Positions 1 through 12,446 of a stretch of DNA of 64,000 nt are shown here, in pieces; the first letter of the stretch is position 1; each line of letters opens with the position of its first letter. The position numbers and the translations under genes are program-made. Below the pieces are notes generated by a model. The model ran no database searches. It saw only the letters and a program-made list of their open reading frames with translations, and was not told the DNA's origin. The DNA comes from Camelus ferus. Taxonomy: Eukaryota. The stretch is taken from contig NC_045696.1 in NCBI RefSeq assembly GCF_009834535.1, positions 100,566,001 to 100,630,000 on the forward strand, in the 5' to 3' direction.

Positions 1-849
1 GGAAAACAATTACGACAGTAAAACCAAAGCTTAAAATTCTATATGACTCTCACACACATTAGAATATTTTATGTTCCAAGTTACTATCGAGATGATACTG
101 TGGGGAATTGTGAGGTTGAGGATTGTTAGTAAAGGTATAGACGTGTACAGAGGCTTTGCCTTTGAGAGTTTTAAGTGCCACAACAGAGTGATGTGGAAGC
201 ATTAAAGAGGTTTAATTGGAGGAGGGACATGCTGAACGAAGAAATTACTCTGAATATTTTTAAGGGAGGAGATAAAGGAAGACAAAGAGGATCTATAAGA
301 AGCAATTGTATTCAGTCGAGTTAGGAACCAGTTAGGAAGTTGGCTGCACTTTCTTTGTTTTCTCTTTTTTGAGCCTGTTGCAGTTTCATACATTAAGATG
401 GACATTAGAGGCAAAATATGTCCATCATTTCATGTTCCTGAAGCCTTATTGTTCATTCATTTCTTCATTCCCCTCACTACCATCTCCCCTTCCCTCCCCC
501 TCCTCCGAGCTCCACTAGGGCAGAGAGCTATTTTCACTTCAGATGTGAGGTATTCTAAGCACGCAGAATAGTACTTTACATATAATGGGCAACATGAATA
601 GACATAGATATAATTATTTGTTCTACTCCTTTATTCAATATTCAGTCATTTTATTTATGATTTTTCTAATTCTAAAAAAACATTTTGCAATGCTCATAGA
701 AATACAAAGAATACTCTAAGATAAAATTATCATAAAACCAGTCGAGAGAAATGGAGAAAAGAAAAAGAAGATTAAAAATAAGTTAGATGAGGTCAGGACC
801 AGAGTAAGGTACCAAAGGTATTCTGTGGCGTCTTGGTAGGGTCTCATTG

Positions 850-1790
850 TAGGTCACCATGAACTTGGCTCTCATCAGCTGGGAAGGGCTGCTGGCTTGG
901 CTTTCTCCCTCCCCCACCTGAGCGTGGCTGTTGGATGGGTTCCCTGGCTGCCTGGGAGTTCCTGGCTGGGCGTCCTTGTGGGTGGGGCTAGAGCTATGCT
1001 CAGCAGTTGGGTGAAGCTGTTTGCTTGGCTCCCTGACTGGGCGAGGTCAGGGGCTGGGCTCTGAGGCTGTCCCGAGGCTGTTCCATGGTCACTGATTGGG
1101 TTCCCTGGTCAGGTGGGGATTGGAGACCATGCTCAGCATGTCGGCAGGGCTGCTGGCTTGGGTTCCTGTCTGGGCAAACCATATCGCCTATTTGCTGGAG
1201 ACCCAAACCAGGCAGAACTCCTGACCTGACCCTTCTCCCTGGCTAGACAGGGCACGGCTAGGCTCTGCAAAGAGGTGGAGCTGCTGACTGAGATCTCTGC
1301 TTGAGCACTTTTACCAGCACAAATGTAGTCTGCCAAGTCTATATGCTGGTTGCTGTGAGTCCTACCCCACCTTCTCTCTCTCTAGCTGATCCCTGGTGGT
1401 CTAGTCAAGACTCAGGACTTACTCCCCCCAGTAATTCTCACTAAGCTAGACCTAAGCAGGCCTCTTGGGCAGTGTCCTACAGCACAGGGGAAGCTGGATG
1501 TCTACCTCAGGCTTTTTCCCATTAGAGGATCCATAGGCCCGGGAGACCTTCAGTGCTGCGTGTGCTGGTGGAGTTGGGGCAACGCAGTCAAAGTGAACCA
1601 ACTCCTCTTAGCCTTCTACTGTGTTTTTCCTTGATTTTTCTGGTCAAAAGGGATGCTTCAGCCTCACCACAAGGTTGTGAGATTTTCAAAAAGACATCTT
1701 GTCTATGTATAGTTGCTAGTCGTTCTTTTTGTGAAGGAGACTGAAGTCAGGAATCATTTATTCTGCCACCTTGCTGACATTGCTCTCTCT
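850..1790 (-). mobile_element. Old LINE-1 (L1M-type) 5'UTR fragment
   Basis: GC-richer block. The minus strand at 1760-1790 reads agagagagcaatgtcagcaaggtggcagaata, resembling the L1M 5' terminus (GACGTCAGCAAGATGGCGGAATA). Boundaries approximate. Confidence 0.55.
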
Positions 1791-2059
1791 AAAGATTATA
1801 TTAAAGATTCAAAAGCTAGAAGCAATGACATAAACAGTTTAATGTAAAAGATTGAGAAATTAAATCCAAAGCCTACAAATATATGTTAAGAGTGAAATTA
1901 CAGAAGTCAATCAAAATAATACTAAAACATTAAAAAAAATTAAGACATGGCTGATATTTTCCATTTTCCCCTTCACATCTACTTTTCATCCTATTTTTAC
2001 CTTTCCTACACTTGGGGTAGGGTGGGGGGTGGGTGCAGGGAGAGGGAGGAGCTTTGGTG

Positions 2060-2415
2060 GGCCATTGGCACCAAACATAGCCTCTGGCTTCCTCTTGAGG
2101 TTGACCAGTGGGGGCACCAGTAGATATTAGGGAGCAGGAGAAGAGAGAGTTTGAGGTAATTGTCCTACTCTGCCACATCTTGAAAGCCATCACCTACCCA
2201 CTGGGTGTCAGGGTTAGCCTTTTCTCTTTGTCCTTCACTCCTGGGGGTGGGGGTGGTTAACTTCCTGGTGATACTAGTTCTTGGCTGTTTGGCCATTCCT
2301 TCTGCCTCCTTGACTCCACCCGAACCTCTGTAAGTAGTTCCTTTATTACACTCTCTTCCGTCACCACTTTTGACTGTGCCTGCCACCTGTTTCCCTACAG
2401 GACCCTGACTTATAT
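2060..2415 (+). mobile_element. ERVL-class LTR relic (LTR33-like)
   Basis: Contains cctctggcttcct...gaccagtggg and ends ...ctgtttccctacaggaccctgacttata, like the LTR33/LTR16 3' end (ttcctgctgggaccctgactgataca). Confidence 0.45.
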
Positions 2416-2581
2416 TAGAATATAAATAAATATTTAATATCAGGAAAAACCATAAGTAAAAGGAGGCTGCCCAAAGAAATAAGTAGAGCATATATTTAGA
2501 AATAAAGAACACTCATAACAGCAACAAGATATGGGCTACTGTTCTATGCAAATACATGTGCAAAGGTGCACACTCACAGTC

Positions 2582-2673
2582 TTTTTTTTTTTTTTAAATG
2601 GAGGTACTGGGAGTTGAACCCAGGACCTCATGCCTGCTAAGCATACACTCTACCACTGAGCTACGCCTTCTCC
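2582..2673 (-). mobile_element. tRNA-Ala-derived SINE (camelid Vic-1-like)
   Basis: Minus strand: ggagaaggcgtagctcagtggtagagtgtatgcttagcaggcatgaggtcctgggttcaactcccagtacctcca plus A-tail. A and B boxes present; short flanking repeat cagtct. Confidence 0.88.
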
Positions 2674-3124
2674 AGTCTAAGGTTGATTGAAAACAAAAGA
2701 TGGAAAGAGAAAGGGAAGGTGAGGAAAGGGCAGAATAAGAAAACCCAAAAGAAATTAGACCAATGATGCATTTTCTAGGATACTCTTCATTGTTTACGTT
2801 GCTTTCAGAATAGAATTTCCGAAATCCACTTGGCCTTTAGGCTGCCTCCTCCTCTGGAACTTGGTCGTGGAAACCTTGATGGGGGAATCATATTTCTCTT
2901 GTCATTCAGCTCTGATTTGGGTCTATTTTTTAGCTTATCTTTCCTAGAGAACATGATCATCTTTAAAAGCAACAGTAGATAGAATTAAAGTTGAGCTGAT
3001 CACATGTGTTGAAAGAAATGTTATTCTAGAGGGAAAATAATGCTTCCAGTAAGGACAATCACCACTCACAATTCAGTGAGTTAGTTTCTAAAATTCCATT
3101 TCTTATTTATCAGACATTTTATCC

Positions 3125-3330
3125 AATTATGTGTGAAGCACTGTTGTAAGTACCTTACACATGCATTTGCTTGACTTCTCACAACTCTATGAAGTAGGTA
3201 CTATTATCATGACTATTTTACAGATGACAAAAACAAGACATGAAACAGTTAAGTAACTTGCCCAAAGACTCAGGACTTCAAGGTGGAATAGAAAGGATTT
3301 GAACTTAAGCAGTCTGGTTCCAGATGTTGT
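3125..3330 (-). mobile_element. MIR SINE
   Basis: MIR core in reverse orientation: attttacagatgac...aagtaacttgcccaaag...gatttgaac. Confidence 0.75.
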
Positions 3331-4375
3331 ACTCAGTTGCAATTCCTGGATCAATAAACATAAATATCTAAGTGTCTTAGGAGAGACAATTCTGTTTCTT
3401 AAAATGGGGGAGATACACATTCATCATGACCTAGTTAAGATACTTTATTTGGGAGTCATGGAAGAAGCCAGCAAAAGCTACTGAATTAAAAAAAAAGATT
3501 TTATATTAAAAAAACTTTTTAGAACAGATGTTTTACAGAAATTGAGAGCAAAGATGAAGGTATCAGGATGTGAAAGGATAAGATATTAAAAAACAAAATC
3601 AACTAGACATTGTGATAAACATTTCTCTGTATCTCCTCTCACTGCTTTTCTTTGTATTTTACTTCATTCTCTCTCAAACTAGTTTTTTGGCTTCTTACTG
3701 CATACAGCATATCAAGTAGAATATGATCTCTAGAAAGCTTTAAGGTCTATAACTTCTCCATTTGGGATCCCAGCTCTCAGTCCCACTTTCAACTTTTTGG
3801 ACAGAGTCTCTGTTGTTTGGCTGTAGTCTGGTGTCAACTTCTGGTCTGAAGGCAGGTTGGCCAGAGCCACGGAGTGCAGATGTGACAGCTGGGGGCAGTT
3901 CTCAGAGAAAGGGAATCACTTTGTTCTGGGCTGATACTGCCAAATGTGTTTGCCACACATGGTACCTTGAGAGCAGTGATCTGTCGGTCAGGTGGGGGCA
4001 TTCAGTGTGAGGGAAGCCTGGAACAGTGTCAGGCATCCAGCTATGAGAATGGTTTCCAGAAGCAGAACTGAGGACCCCGAGAAAAAAATCAGCAAAGAAC
4101 AAAAAAGGCAGCTAGAACACTCTTAGAAAAATACTTAAGGCAAATGTAGCTTGGGATTGAAAGAGGTACTTGTTATAAAGTGTGCTCATTATGTATTTGT
4201 TCCTAAAATTTTCTTTGCTTTACTTCTTACTCATTTATTCAACAAATATTTTTTGAACATTTCCTACGTAAGGAATATAGAGCTGTTTTTTAGAGTCATA
4301 GATGACTAAAACATGTCCTGCCTTTTTGCTGAAGGAGATCACATAATATTTAAGTTGCACCGTACAATTATAATA

Positions 4376-4401
4376 TCTGTCTGTCTGTCTGTCTATCTAT
4401 C

Positions 4402-4445
<44 letters not shown>

Positions 4446-4461
4446 ATCTATCTATCTATCT
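4376..4461. repeat. Compound (TCTG)n(TCTA)n microsatellite
   Basis: Tetranucleotide repeat seen directly. Confidence 0.95.
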
Positions 4462-5474
4462 CTTGTCTGGTATTTTTGCTGCAGGCAGTTTTGCTGCACG
4501 CAGTTTTGCTGCACAAATAATATGCTATTTGACATAAAAGATAAAATAATTAAAATAAAGTAAAAGAGGGACATTAAAAAGGGCCTAATCTGAAAAGTTA
4601 AACCTGAAAAATTAAAAACAAATGTTTTAAAAGATTTAATCGCGGAAAATGATAATACAAAGATATTTGAATATATTTAAAATGTGTTTAGATTCATGGT
4701 TTTAGTTGTATCTGAGTATATCTTAGAGATAGCTGTAACACTTTCTTTCTCAAAGTTGATCATTAAGGATTCAGGATCCAATGTCAGATATAAACTTTTC
4801 ATGGTATGAAAAAAATCTACTGTAAATTTCTTTAGATTTCCCTGGAAGTAAAATGAACAGATGAGGGATGTTGATGTATCTTATCAATATATATGCAACT
4901 GTATATGACTGGTAGTACACATCTGGGCTACATTAAATGTTCCATCACGTGCCCAGTCCTTACAGTTCACTAAATATCTAAACCAGACCCTGTGCCAAAT
5001 ACCAAAATTCCATCTACATCACATTCTTAACTATCAAATAGCAAAACATTTTCAGAATTTTAAAGACACTTATACTCACTAGGAATCACATATCCATATC
5101 CCCTTCTTTTGTAGGGAGGGGGAGCTTGATTCTTCATTTGCCTCTAACTTTTAATATTGCATGAGAAATTTGGTAAAGACAGCATTAGATTAGCGGAATT
5201 GATCATTAGTGTTCCCAAAGACAGTTGTGAGTTACTAGCTGCCTCTTGTATTTGCCATTGCTTAGCAAACTTTTGGTTGTGATGGGTGGGATGGATGATT
5301 GTGCTCACTGAAGGATTTGCAAAAACTGATATGTTATAATTTTCTAATGTAAGAAAACCCAAACTGTCAATTGACCAGTTATTTGATCTTTTATAGCAAA
5401 ATGGCCTTACAACCAGTTAGTTGAGCAACCACTCTGCTGCAGCAAAGGTTTTTATGGCAAAAATACCTAGAACT
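4462..5474 (-). mobile_element. Internally deleted Mutator-like (MULE/MuDR) DNA transposon fossil
   Basis: Imperfect terminal inverted repeats: left tctggtatttttgctgcagg..ttttgctgcac; right end reverse-complemented gttctaggtatttttgccataaaaacctttgctgcagc. They enclose a decayed transposase reading frame. Confidence 0.8.
4700..5362 (-). pseudogene. Decayed MULE-family DDE transposase fragment
   Basis: Manual translation across stops and frameshifts (/): ...LPNFSCNIKS*RQMKNQAPPP..YVIPSEYKCL*NSENVLLFDS*ECDVDGILVFGTGSGL/YLVNCKDWARDGTFN/SPDVYYQSYTVAYILIRYINIPHLFILLPGKSKEIYSRFF/HTMKSLYLTLDPESLMINFEKESVTAISKIY. This follows the MULE pattern LLxDS..ILxFGT..WxxDGTF..P..YQxYT..PxxFxLLPxK...Y.R.F...P..xMxDFExA. 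Confidence 0.8.
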
Positions 5475-5519
5475 TATCTGTCTGTCTACCTATCATCTTC
5501 AAAGAACTTATAGAAAAAA

Positions 5520-6520
5520 AATTTATGCCTACTGTCACCATTCTTGTTTAACATTTTTCTAGAATTTGGGGTACAGCAATAAGACCAAAAAGGAACTTAG
5601 TCATAAATTTGGGAAAAAATTGCAAAATATTAGCAGGTGATGTGCTTGTCTATCAAGAAAATCACAGAGAATCAATAAAACATTCTGAAACAGTGAAGTG
5701 AATTAAGCATACTGGTTAAAATAAATGTACAAAATCAACATTTCTACTATATGAGGAATAATTTGTTAAAAAATAAAATGGGAAAGAAATGTCATATATC
5801 TTAGCAAATAATGAATGAAACAATAAGCCATAAAAAAATACCAAAAAATGAACTTCAAAAAGAAGTATGCTGACCTATACAAAAATGTTCAAAATTCCAC
5901 CATGGAACAAATGAGATGATTTTAATGAGAGACAGATAACACATTTTTTTTTTTGCTATAGTACATAATAAATATCTCCTAATGTAAGCAAAAGGTGTTT
6001 TTTAAGAACTTTAATTATGAAGTTTACTTCCAAGAAGGAATGAGCTAAAAAAAGAGTAATGAGAGAAAAGTTTTACTCACATAGTTTAAAATATACTATA
6101 ACGTTCTTATAATTTATTGTGATAGTTGCACATTTTTACGTAGATCATTCTGTCACAGAATAGAAAGCCCAAAATCTTGTCCAGGAGAACAGTGATGAAT
6201 TTAGTTCATCACAGAGGTAGCATTTTAAGACAGTGGAGAAAGACTAAATTAATAAATGTCCTGGTATAGCTTGGCTCATTATTTGGGAAAAAAAGAGTCA
6301 GTTACTCTACTCATAAAATATAATAGTTACGGGTGAAATAAATCCATAGATTAAAATTAATATTCAACATCAAAAATACTGTCACAAAATACTGACAAAT
6401 ATGTATTTGTTCTCATGGGACTGGTCTTTGTAAACATAAAATCAGAAGCAAAAATTATAAGGAAAAAATGGATAATTTTGACTTATATAGTATAAAACTT
6501 CTTTATGAAAAAAGAGTAAA
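5520..6520 (+). mobile_element. Old, degenerate LINE-1 ORF2 fragment
   Basis: ttagcaggtgatgtgcttgtctatcaagaaaatcacagagaatcaat resembles the RT FADDMIVYLENPRES region; further A-rich L1-like sequence follows. Confidence 0.55.
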
Positions 6521-7721
6521 TCACTGTTAAACAATATATGACAATTAAATTAACAAGGGTTTTTTTTTAAGAATTAGAATGTAAGAGCCACAAAATAAAA
6601 CATTTGGTCTTGAAATATTAAGGCATCTTATGCTAATTATATTTGAAGAGGAAAATATCTTGGAAATGCTGCTGTATTATATAACATCATACTTTAATTA
6701 AATTCCCAGGTTAAATTTTTGGCAACTCATTATGAAAGTTCCAAGTAACCTGTTTCAAACAACTTCCATTTTCATACAACCAAACCGCAAGAAATTTTCC
6801 AGATCTTCACTTTATAAGGCAGAAGTTTCACTTTGTATGCTCAGTACTTTGTTTTTTTCTCATGCAAAACACTATAATGATACCTCTGTGACTAAGCTGC
6901 TAGTGTTAATGTTCTGACCACGTTGACAGCAATGGCAATGTCACTGCTGATGATATCTTTTGGATTCAGACTGTTAATCTCATCATTATACATAGGTGAA
7001 TAAAACAAAATACTTTTCAGCGGCTTTGGGAAAAAAAAATAATAAATCCCATGACAGTAGGTTCCTATAATGAAGCAGATCATGCATAGAAGACTTTGAA
7101 ATTTGGTGCTAAAGCAATAACAGCTTCTGTCAGATCCCGGTAACTTCATTTGACAGGCGTAATGTTTCTACTTTGTCTTCATTTAGGATGGCTTTGCTTC
7201 AGTGACTAGGAAACATGACAATGAGTTGTAACAGCTAGCAGTTCAAACTACTTTTCTAACTGAATCCCAAGGTGAAGCCACCAGACTTTTGCAAATAGAA
7301 AAATTAATGGTGTTCACAAGCTTCCTCATGGAATCACGCAACTATGATTTTTTTTTAATGTAGATGTGTAATGATAATTGAAATCATTATGGGAAACTAT
7401 ATTGAATATTAGGAATAAGTTTATGTAAGAGTGACTCGCTGCATGGATATTTTTATTTGGACATAGCTTCTCAAAAGCCATGCTTTATGCTACAGTGGTT
7501 TTATTCAGCAGTGAGTTTGGGTTTCAAGTCAAGCAAGCATTTGTAGATTTCCTCAAAGATTGAGGCTGAGCAGTCAGAGGTCTACAATGAAAAAATGTTA
7601 TCAAAGAAAATTAAGGTGTTATATAGGCTTAATTCTAGAGAGAGATAACCATATTTAAATCACTTAATGAATCTCTGAGTATTCAGAAAAACGCAAGTTG
7701 AGGTTATTCTGTAACAAACTC

Positions 7722-7870
7722 AGTGAGGATTCAGGAGATGTGGGTTCTGAGCTCTCCTTTGCCAGTTGCTAGCTGTGTGATCTTGGAAAATTCAGTTCAC
7801 TTACTTGGTTCAGGATTTTCTCATCTGTAAAATAAAGAATTGGATGTAGTTTATCTTGGGGTGCCTTCCA
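7722..7870 (+). mobile_element. MIR SINE
   Basis: tgggttctgag...ctagctgtgtgatcttgg...ttttctcatctgtaaaat core. Confidence 0.65.
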
Positions 7871-8349
7871 CGAGAGGTCACTCTGAAATTTCACTGAACA
7901 TTAAAGGGATATGTTTTCTCAATACCACCAAAGGCAAATAGGGTGAAGATCTCTAAACACAAGCCATTTATCACATTATAAAGTGGCAAATGGGATCATT
8001 TCTGCTCAAAAGGTGACTAGGACAAAGTCTGTTTAGAATGGACTGTCAATGGATGTGATACCAGGTATAAGAAGTTTATTTGCAGCGATTTCTTCTGCAT
8101 CTGAATAGGGTTCAGATTTTTCTCTTCAAGATAAAATTCAGTATTTTGTTATATTTAAGAGACACACAGGTACAACTCCACAAGCCTGAAAAAAGGGTTG
8201 AAGTTATTTCTGAAAATTCAGTAAAGAATTGTAACTCACAAAACAGAAAAAAAAAAACTCCTATAATTTACTGTTATAGCCCCAAAGTTCTATACACATG
8301 AGAGCTAATAAAATCACTCCGTCTACATCCCCAAGTCCCAGATAATCTT

Positions 8350-8587
8350 TTTTTTCTTTTCTCTCTCTCTCCTTTTTTTTTTTTTAATTATAATACAGAC
8401 AGTTTATGATGTTGTGTCAATTTCTGGTGTACAATAGTATAATGTTTCAGTCATACATATACATACGTATATTCCTTTTCATACTCTTTTTCATTATAGG
8501 TTACTACAAAATAGTGAATCTAGTTCCCTGTGCTACACAGAAGAAACTTGCTGTTTATCTATTTTATATATAGTAGTTGGTATCTCT
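8350..8587 (-). mobile_element. 5'-truncated LINE-1 3' end with TSD
   Basis: Poly-T tail plus L1 3'UTR (tagttccctgtgctacacag). TSD cagataatctt at 8339-8349 and 8588-8598, with an endonuclease-like TCTT/GA nick site. Confidence 0.88.
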
Positions 8588-8749
8588 CAGATAATCTTGA
8601 CTTTTCACTTTTCCACTCTCTCTAGCCAGGCTCTTCTTCCATTTTAAATATATATTAACTAAAAATAAAATCTATAGTTTTTGGTTTATTCTTAGACTGA
8701 GGGAAGAAATAGGGCAAGCTGAAGTGAAAACAATTAAATGTTTTTAGAG

Positions 8750-8935
8750 CACCAATTCTATCTAGTCATTTTATCTTACGTAATTGCATTGAAGCCTCCC
8801 AACCAGCCCAGGATACAAGTATTATCATCAGTCAAATATTATTAATATGAGGAAACTGACTCCAAGAGAGGATTGATAACCTTTTCAACACTTAATAACT
8901 TGCGACAGGATAGTTTAGGGATTGGAACTCATTAA
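8750..8935 (-). mobile_element. Degenerate MIR
   Basis: atgaggaaactgac...gggattggaactc motifs. Confidence 0.5.
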
Positions 8936-9479
8936 TTTCTCCTCTTTCCAATACTTGATATGTGAGTTTAAAAATGAAAGATTTGAATTAGGCATATTTA
9001 TTTCGCATGGCCAACGAATACAATAGTAAAGCCTGACTCTGACACGACGATCTTATTTTTTTAGTAGTTTCAAAGTGGAAACCTGAATTTAAGATTTTTC
9101 TGTTAGATGTGGGTATGAGCATGTGCTTGTATTAGTGCATATTTACACATACATGCAGACATGCATTGACAGATAAATATTTCAAGTGATAGTTTTCTAA
9201 AAAAGATAAAAGGAAAAAATTATTCACACCCAAACCTAGCCGATGTTAAGATTTACATGTAGAAAAATTAGCCTGCAAAGAAAGAAAAGGAACAATCAGA
9301 AGTTGGAGGAAAATCGGGGTAGTGTGCTCTCAGGGGACACCACTTTTAAAGAATCTTCCTTTAAGAATAATTGGTGATTTTTGAAACTTCTAAACACCAG
9401 CATGTATCAAAATACATATCTTTTGACCTCAAAATGTGAACTGTAGATAGGTCCGATTTTAGAAATGTAGGCTGAACAT

Positions 9480-10070
9480 TACTTTCCCTCGTAACTTTAA
9501 AGACTTTCCCCATGGCCTTCTGGTGTCCAATGTGAGAAGTCAAGGGCCACTCTGATTCTTATTTATTTTACAGAAATGATTTTTGATGGCTGGAAACTTT
9601 CAGGATTTTCATTGTTGGGGTTTGGAAATTTTGTCATTTTTATCTTTCAGGTGAGAAATTATTTTAATTTTTATATTTTAATATTAATAATTTTAATATT
9701 AATCCTTATTAGCACAGATTGGGTACTTTCAACTTACAGACTTGTTTCTCTCAATTCTGAGAAATGTTTTATTTTTCTCCCACACTTAATTTTATCTTTC
9801 CTCTTTCTGGAACTCTTAATATTGGATGTGGAACCTCCTAGATAAATTCCTTTAATTTTCAAACTATTCTCTCCTATTTTGCATTGCTTATCTTTTTGCT
9901 TTAAAAATTATTGAAATTTTTCAAATGTCATCTTTCAGACATTCAAACTTTCTAAAGAATTTATGTGCATGTAAGCATAATGTATACTTACATACTATAC
10001 AGCATGTATTTTCATTTCTGTATATCCTATTACTAATTTCCAAGAGCTCATTCTTGTTCTTCTTTTACAC
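9480..10070 (-). mobile_element. Old LINE-1 ORF1-region fragment
   Basis: ccttctggtgtccaatgtgagaagtc...tcaattctgagaaatgtt...ttcctctttctggaactc, the reverse of L1 ORF1 motifs. Confidence 0.5.
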
Positions 10071-10739
10071 ATGCCCTTTTGTCTGTTATGCCTGTCTGTG
10101 AAGAATGTTCTCCATGTATTCCTGTAGATTCACTTTACATCCCTCTTCTGCTTTTTGCACCCAGCTGATCACTGTGGACTGATGGATAAGGATTGCATCT
10201 CCAGGGCATCCTTGTCCTCTGGCTTCTGGTTGGGATTTGTCAATACAGTCTGGCCCCATTTCCAGTAAGGCCATTTCTTTGCTTTCTTTACGGTGCTTGG
10301 TTTTCCTGATCTGGGGCTTCTCTGCTCCCACTTCTCTATAGATTAAACCTGCAGTCTCCTGCTGGGTGGAGGAAGAGTGGTCCCTTGGCAGTGCTGAATC
10401 TGGGAGAGGACCTAAGGGTCTCATTGCTCCTTACACAGACTTTTAAACACTCCTGTTTTCAACTGCTGCCTCACGCCGCCTCGCACAGTGGCCGTGCCAT
10501 CAGTTCCTCAGCCCTTCCAGCGTGGTGCAGGTAGATTGGTCTGTTTTTCATGGCATTTGCAGGCATTCAGGTATTCATTTTTTTTTTTTCAGATAAAGCT
10601 GCTTCATGTATTTGAAAATTATATTCACATCTCTCAGATCTTCATGCCCATTTTCTTGGTGTGTGTTCATATTTTAGAAAATGTTTGCCATTGTTATGAC
10701 ATAATGTTATTAGAAGGAGTTTAAATTCCTGGCAGCAAC

Positions 10740-10895
10740 CTGAACACAGCAAACTTCTCCTTAAAAATGTATTAATTTGTTTGAGGATGGGGGCAGAGAT
10801 CATCTCTAATAAATGAATCTCCTCTAATTGGTCATCGTTAAGGACTTTACTACTTGCATGAGCATGGAGAATTAAAAGAGAATTTCTAAACATCT
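10740..10895 (-). other. Candidate exon of an unidentified, possibly decayed gene
   Basis: Acceptor ttttttacag|AG, 156 nt, open phase 1-1 frame (E)MFRNSLLILHAHASSKVLNDDQLEEIHLLEMISAPILKQINTFLRRSLLCS, weak donor CAG|gttgct. Lies in non-repeat sequence. Confidence 0.3.
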
Positions 10896-12075
10896 CTGTA
10901 AAAAAGTCATGTTGTGCTCCCCAGGACTCCTACAAAGTATTCTTCTAGAAAAAACAGACACTTTATCACTTAAACATAATTCTAAATAGATCTTTGATCT
11001 AAAGGTCAAAATAAATATGCTTAGGTTTTTCTAGTGCACATTTAATAGTTCACTTTTATCAAATGCAGAGAAGAACACTATCAGAAAGATGAAGAACTTC
11101 AAAATAAATTACACACACATTTTGAACACAACAGTTTCTTTGTTAAATTTTCTTTTGCATGCTTTATATTGCCGTGAGATTACACTTACATGTTTATATA
11201 CTTCAAACTATTTGGATCCAAGTTCTTAATCTTTAAGTAAAAGTTACATCAATATCACACTTTCTTATGCAATAATCCTGTATCATATCTTAATTAATTA
11301 AAATTTATAGCCCATGATGAATTTTGATTTAATTTTAACTTGCTGCCAATTTGGAAAGTTTTCAACATAAGAGAAATTGTTAGGCAATTTAATCTTGAAA
11401 TGCCCTAATAGTCTTACATTGGTTTTCTTTATGTGATCTTAAAGTAATGTAAAAAAATTATTTTAAATAAAGCTTTTATATTGTTAATATACTACTTAAA
11501 GACATGCCTCCACTGCTTACTTATTACTGCATCTGATTGAAGAAGACAATTTTTGTTAGAGCATAGACTTGATAATCCAATAATTTTTTCAATTAACTAA
11601 AACACTGGAGCTAAACTGAAAATGCATCATTAAAATGTTTATTACTACTATGTATTCAACATGTAGACTATATTCAAATACTGATATTAATGTTTATGAA
11701 TAATCATACATTTTATGAAGCAAATACAGTTCATTCTCTGAGAAATAATGAAGTCCCTAATGTGGATACATGTGTTTTGGAGAATGAGTGATAAGAAGTG
11801 TTGCTTTAAGGGAACTATTTTTCCCCAGAAAAAAAATTTTCAAACATAGTTATGAAATATTTCGTTCATAGATTCATTCTACATATTTTATTGAAAGTAT
11901 CCTAGAAGAATTATTTTGCTTACTTTGTCACTTCATTTTAAAGAATAGTTCTTTAAAGAGCAGTTCTTTTTCCAAATTGATCATGTGTGTGTATGTATAT
12001 TAACTAATTTTTTAAAAACAATAATTTTAACATGTGAATATATCTTGCCACTGTACTGGGTCATTATATAATTTT

Positions 12076-12144
12076 GGTTTTTTTGTTTTTGTTTTTCTTT
12101 TTTTTTTTTGTTTTATTTTTTATTTTTTTTTAACATTTTTTATT
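12076..12144 (-). terminator. L1 polyadenylation signal and degenerate poly(A) tail
   Basis: tttatt (AATAAA on minus) at 12139-12144, followed on the element strand by an interrupted A-tract up to the TSD. Confidence 0.85.
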
Positions 12145-12446
12145 GATTTATAATCATTTTACAATGTGTCAAATTCCAGTGTTCAGCACAATTTTTCACT
12201 CATTCATGGATATATACACACTCATTGTCACATTTTTTTCTCTGTGAGTTATCATAACATTTTGTGTATATTTCCCTGTGCTATACAGTGTAATCTTGTT
12301 TATCTATTCTACAATTTTGAAATCCCAGGCTATCCCTTTCTACCCTCCACCCCCCGGTAACCACAAGTCTGTATTCTTTGTCTGTGAGTCTATTTCTGTC
12401 CTGTATTTACGCTTTGTTTTTGTTTGTTTGTTTTTGTTTTTGTTTT

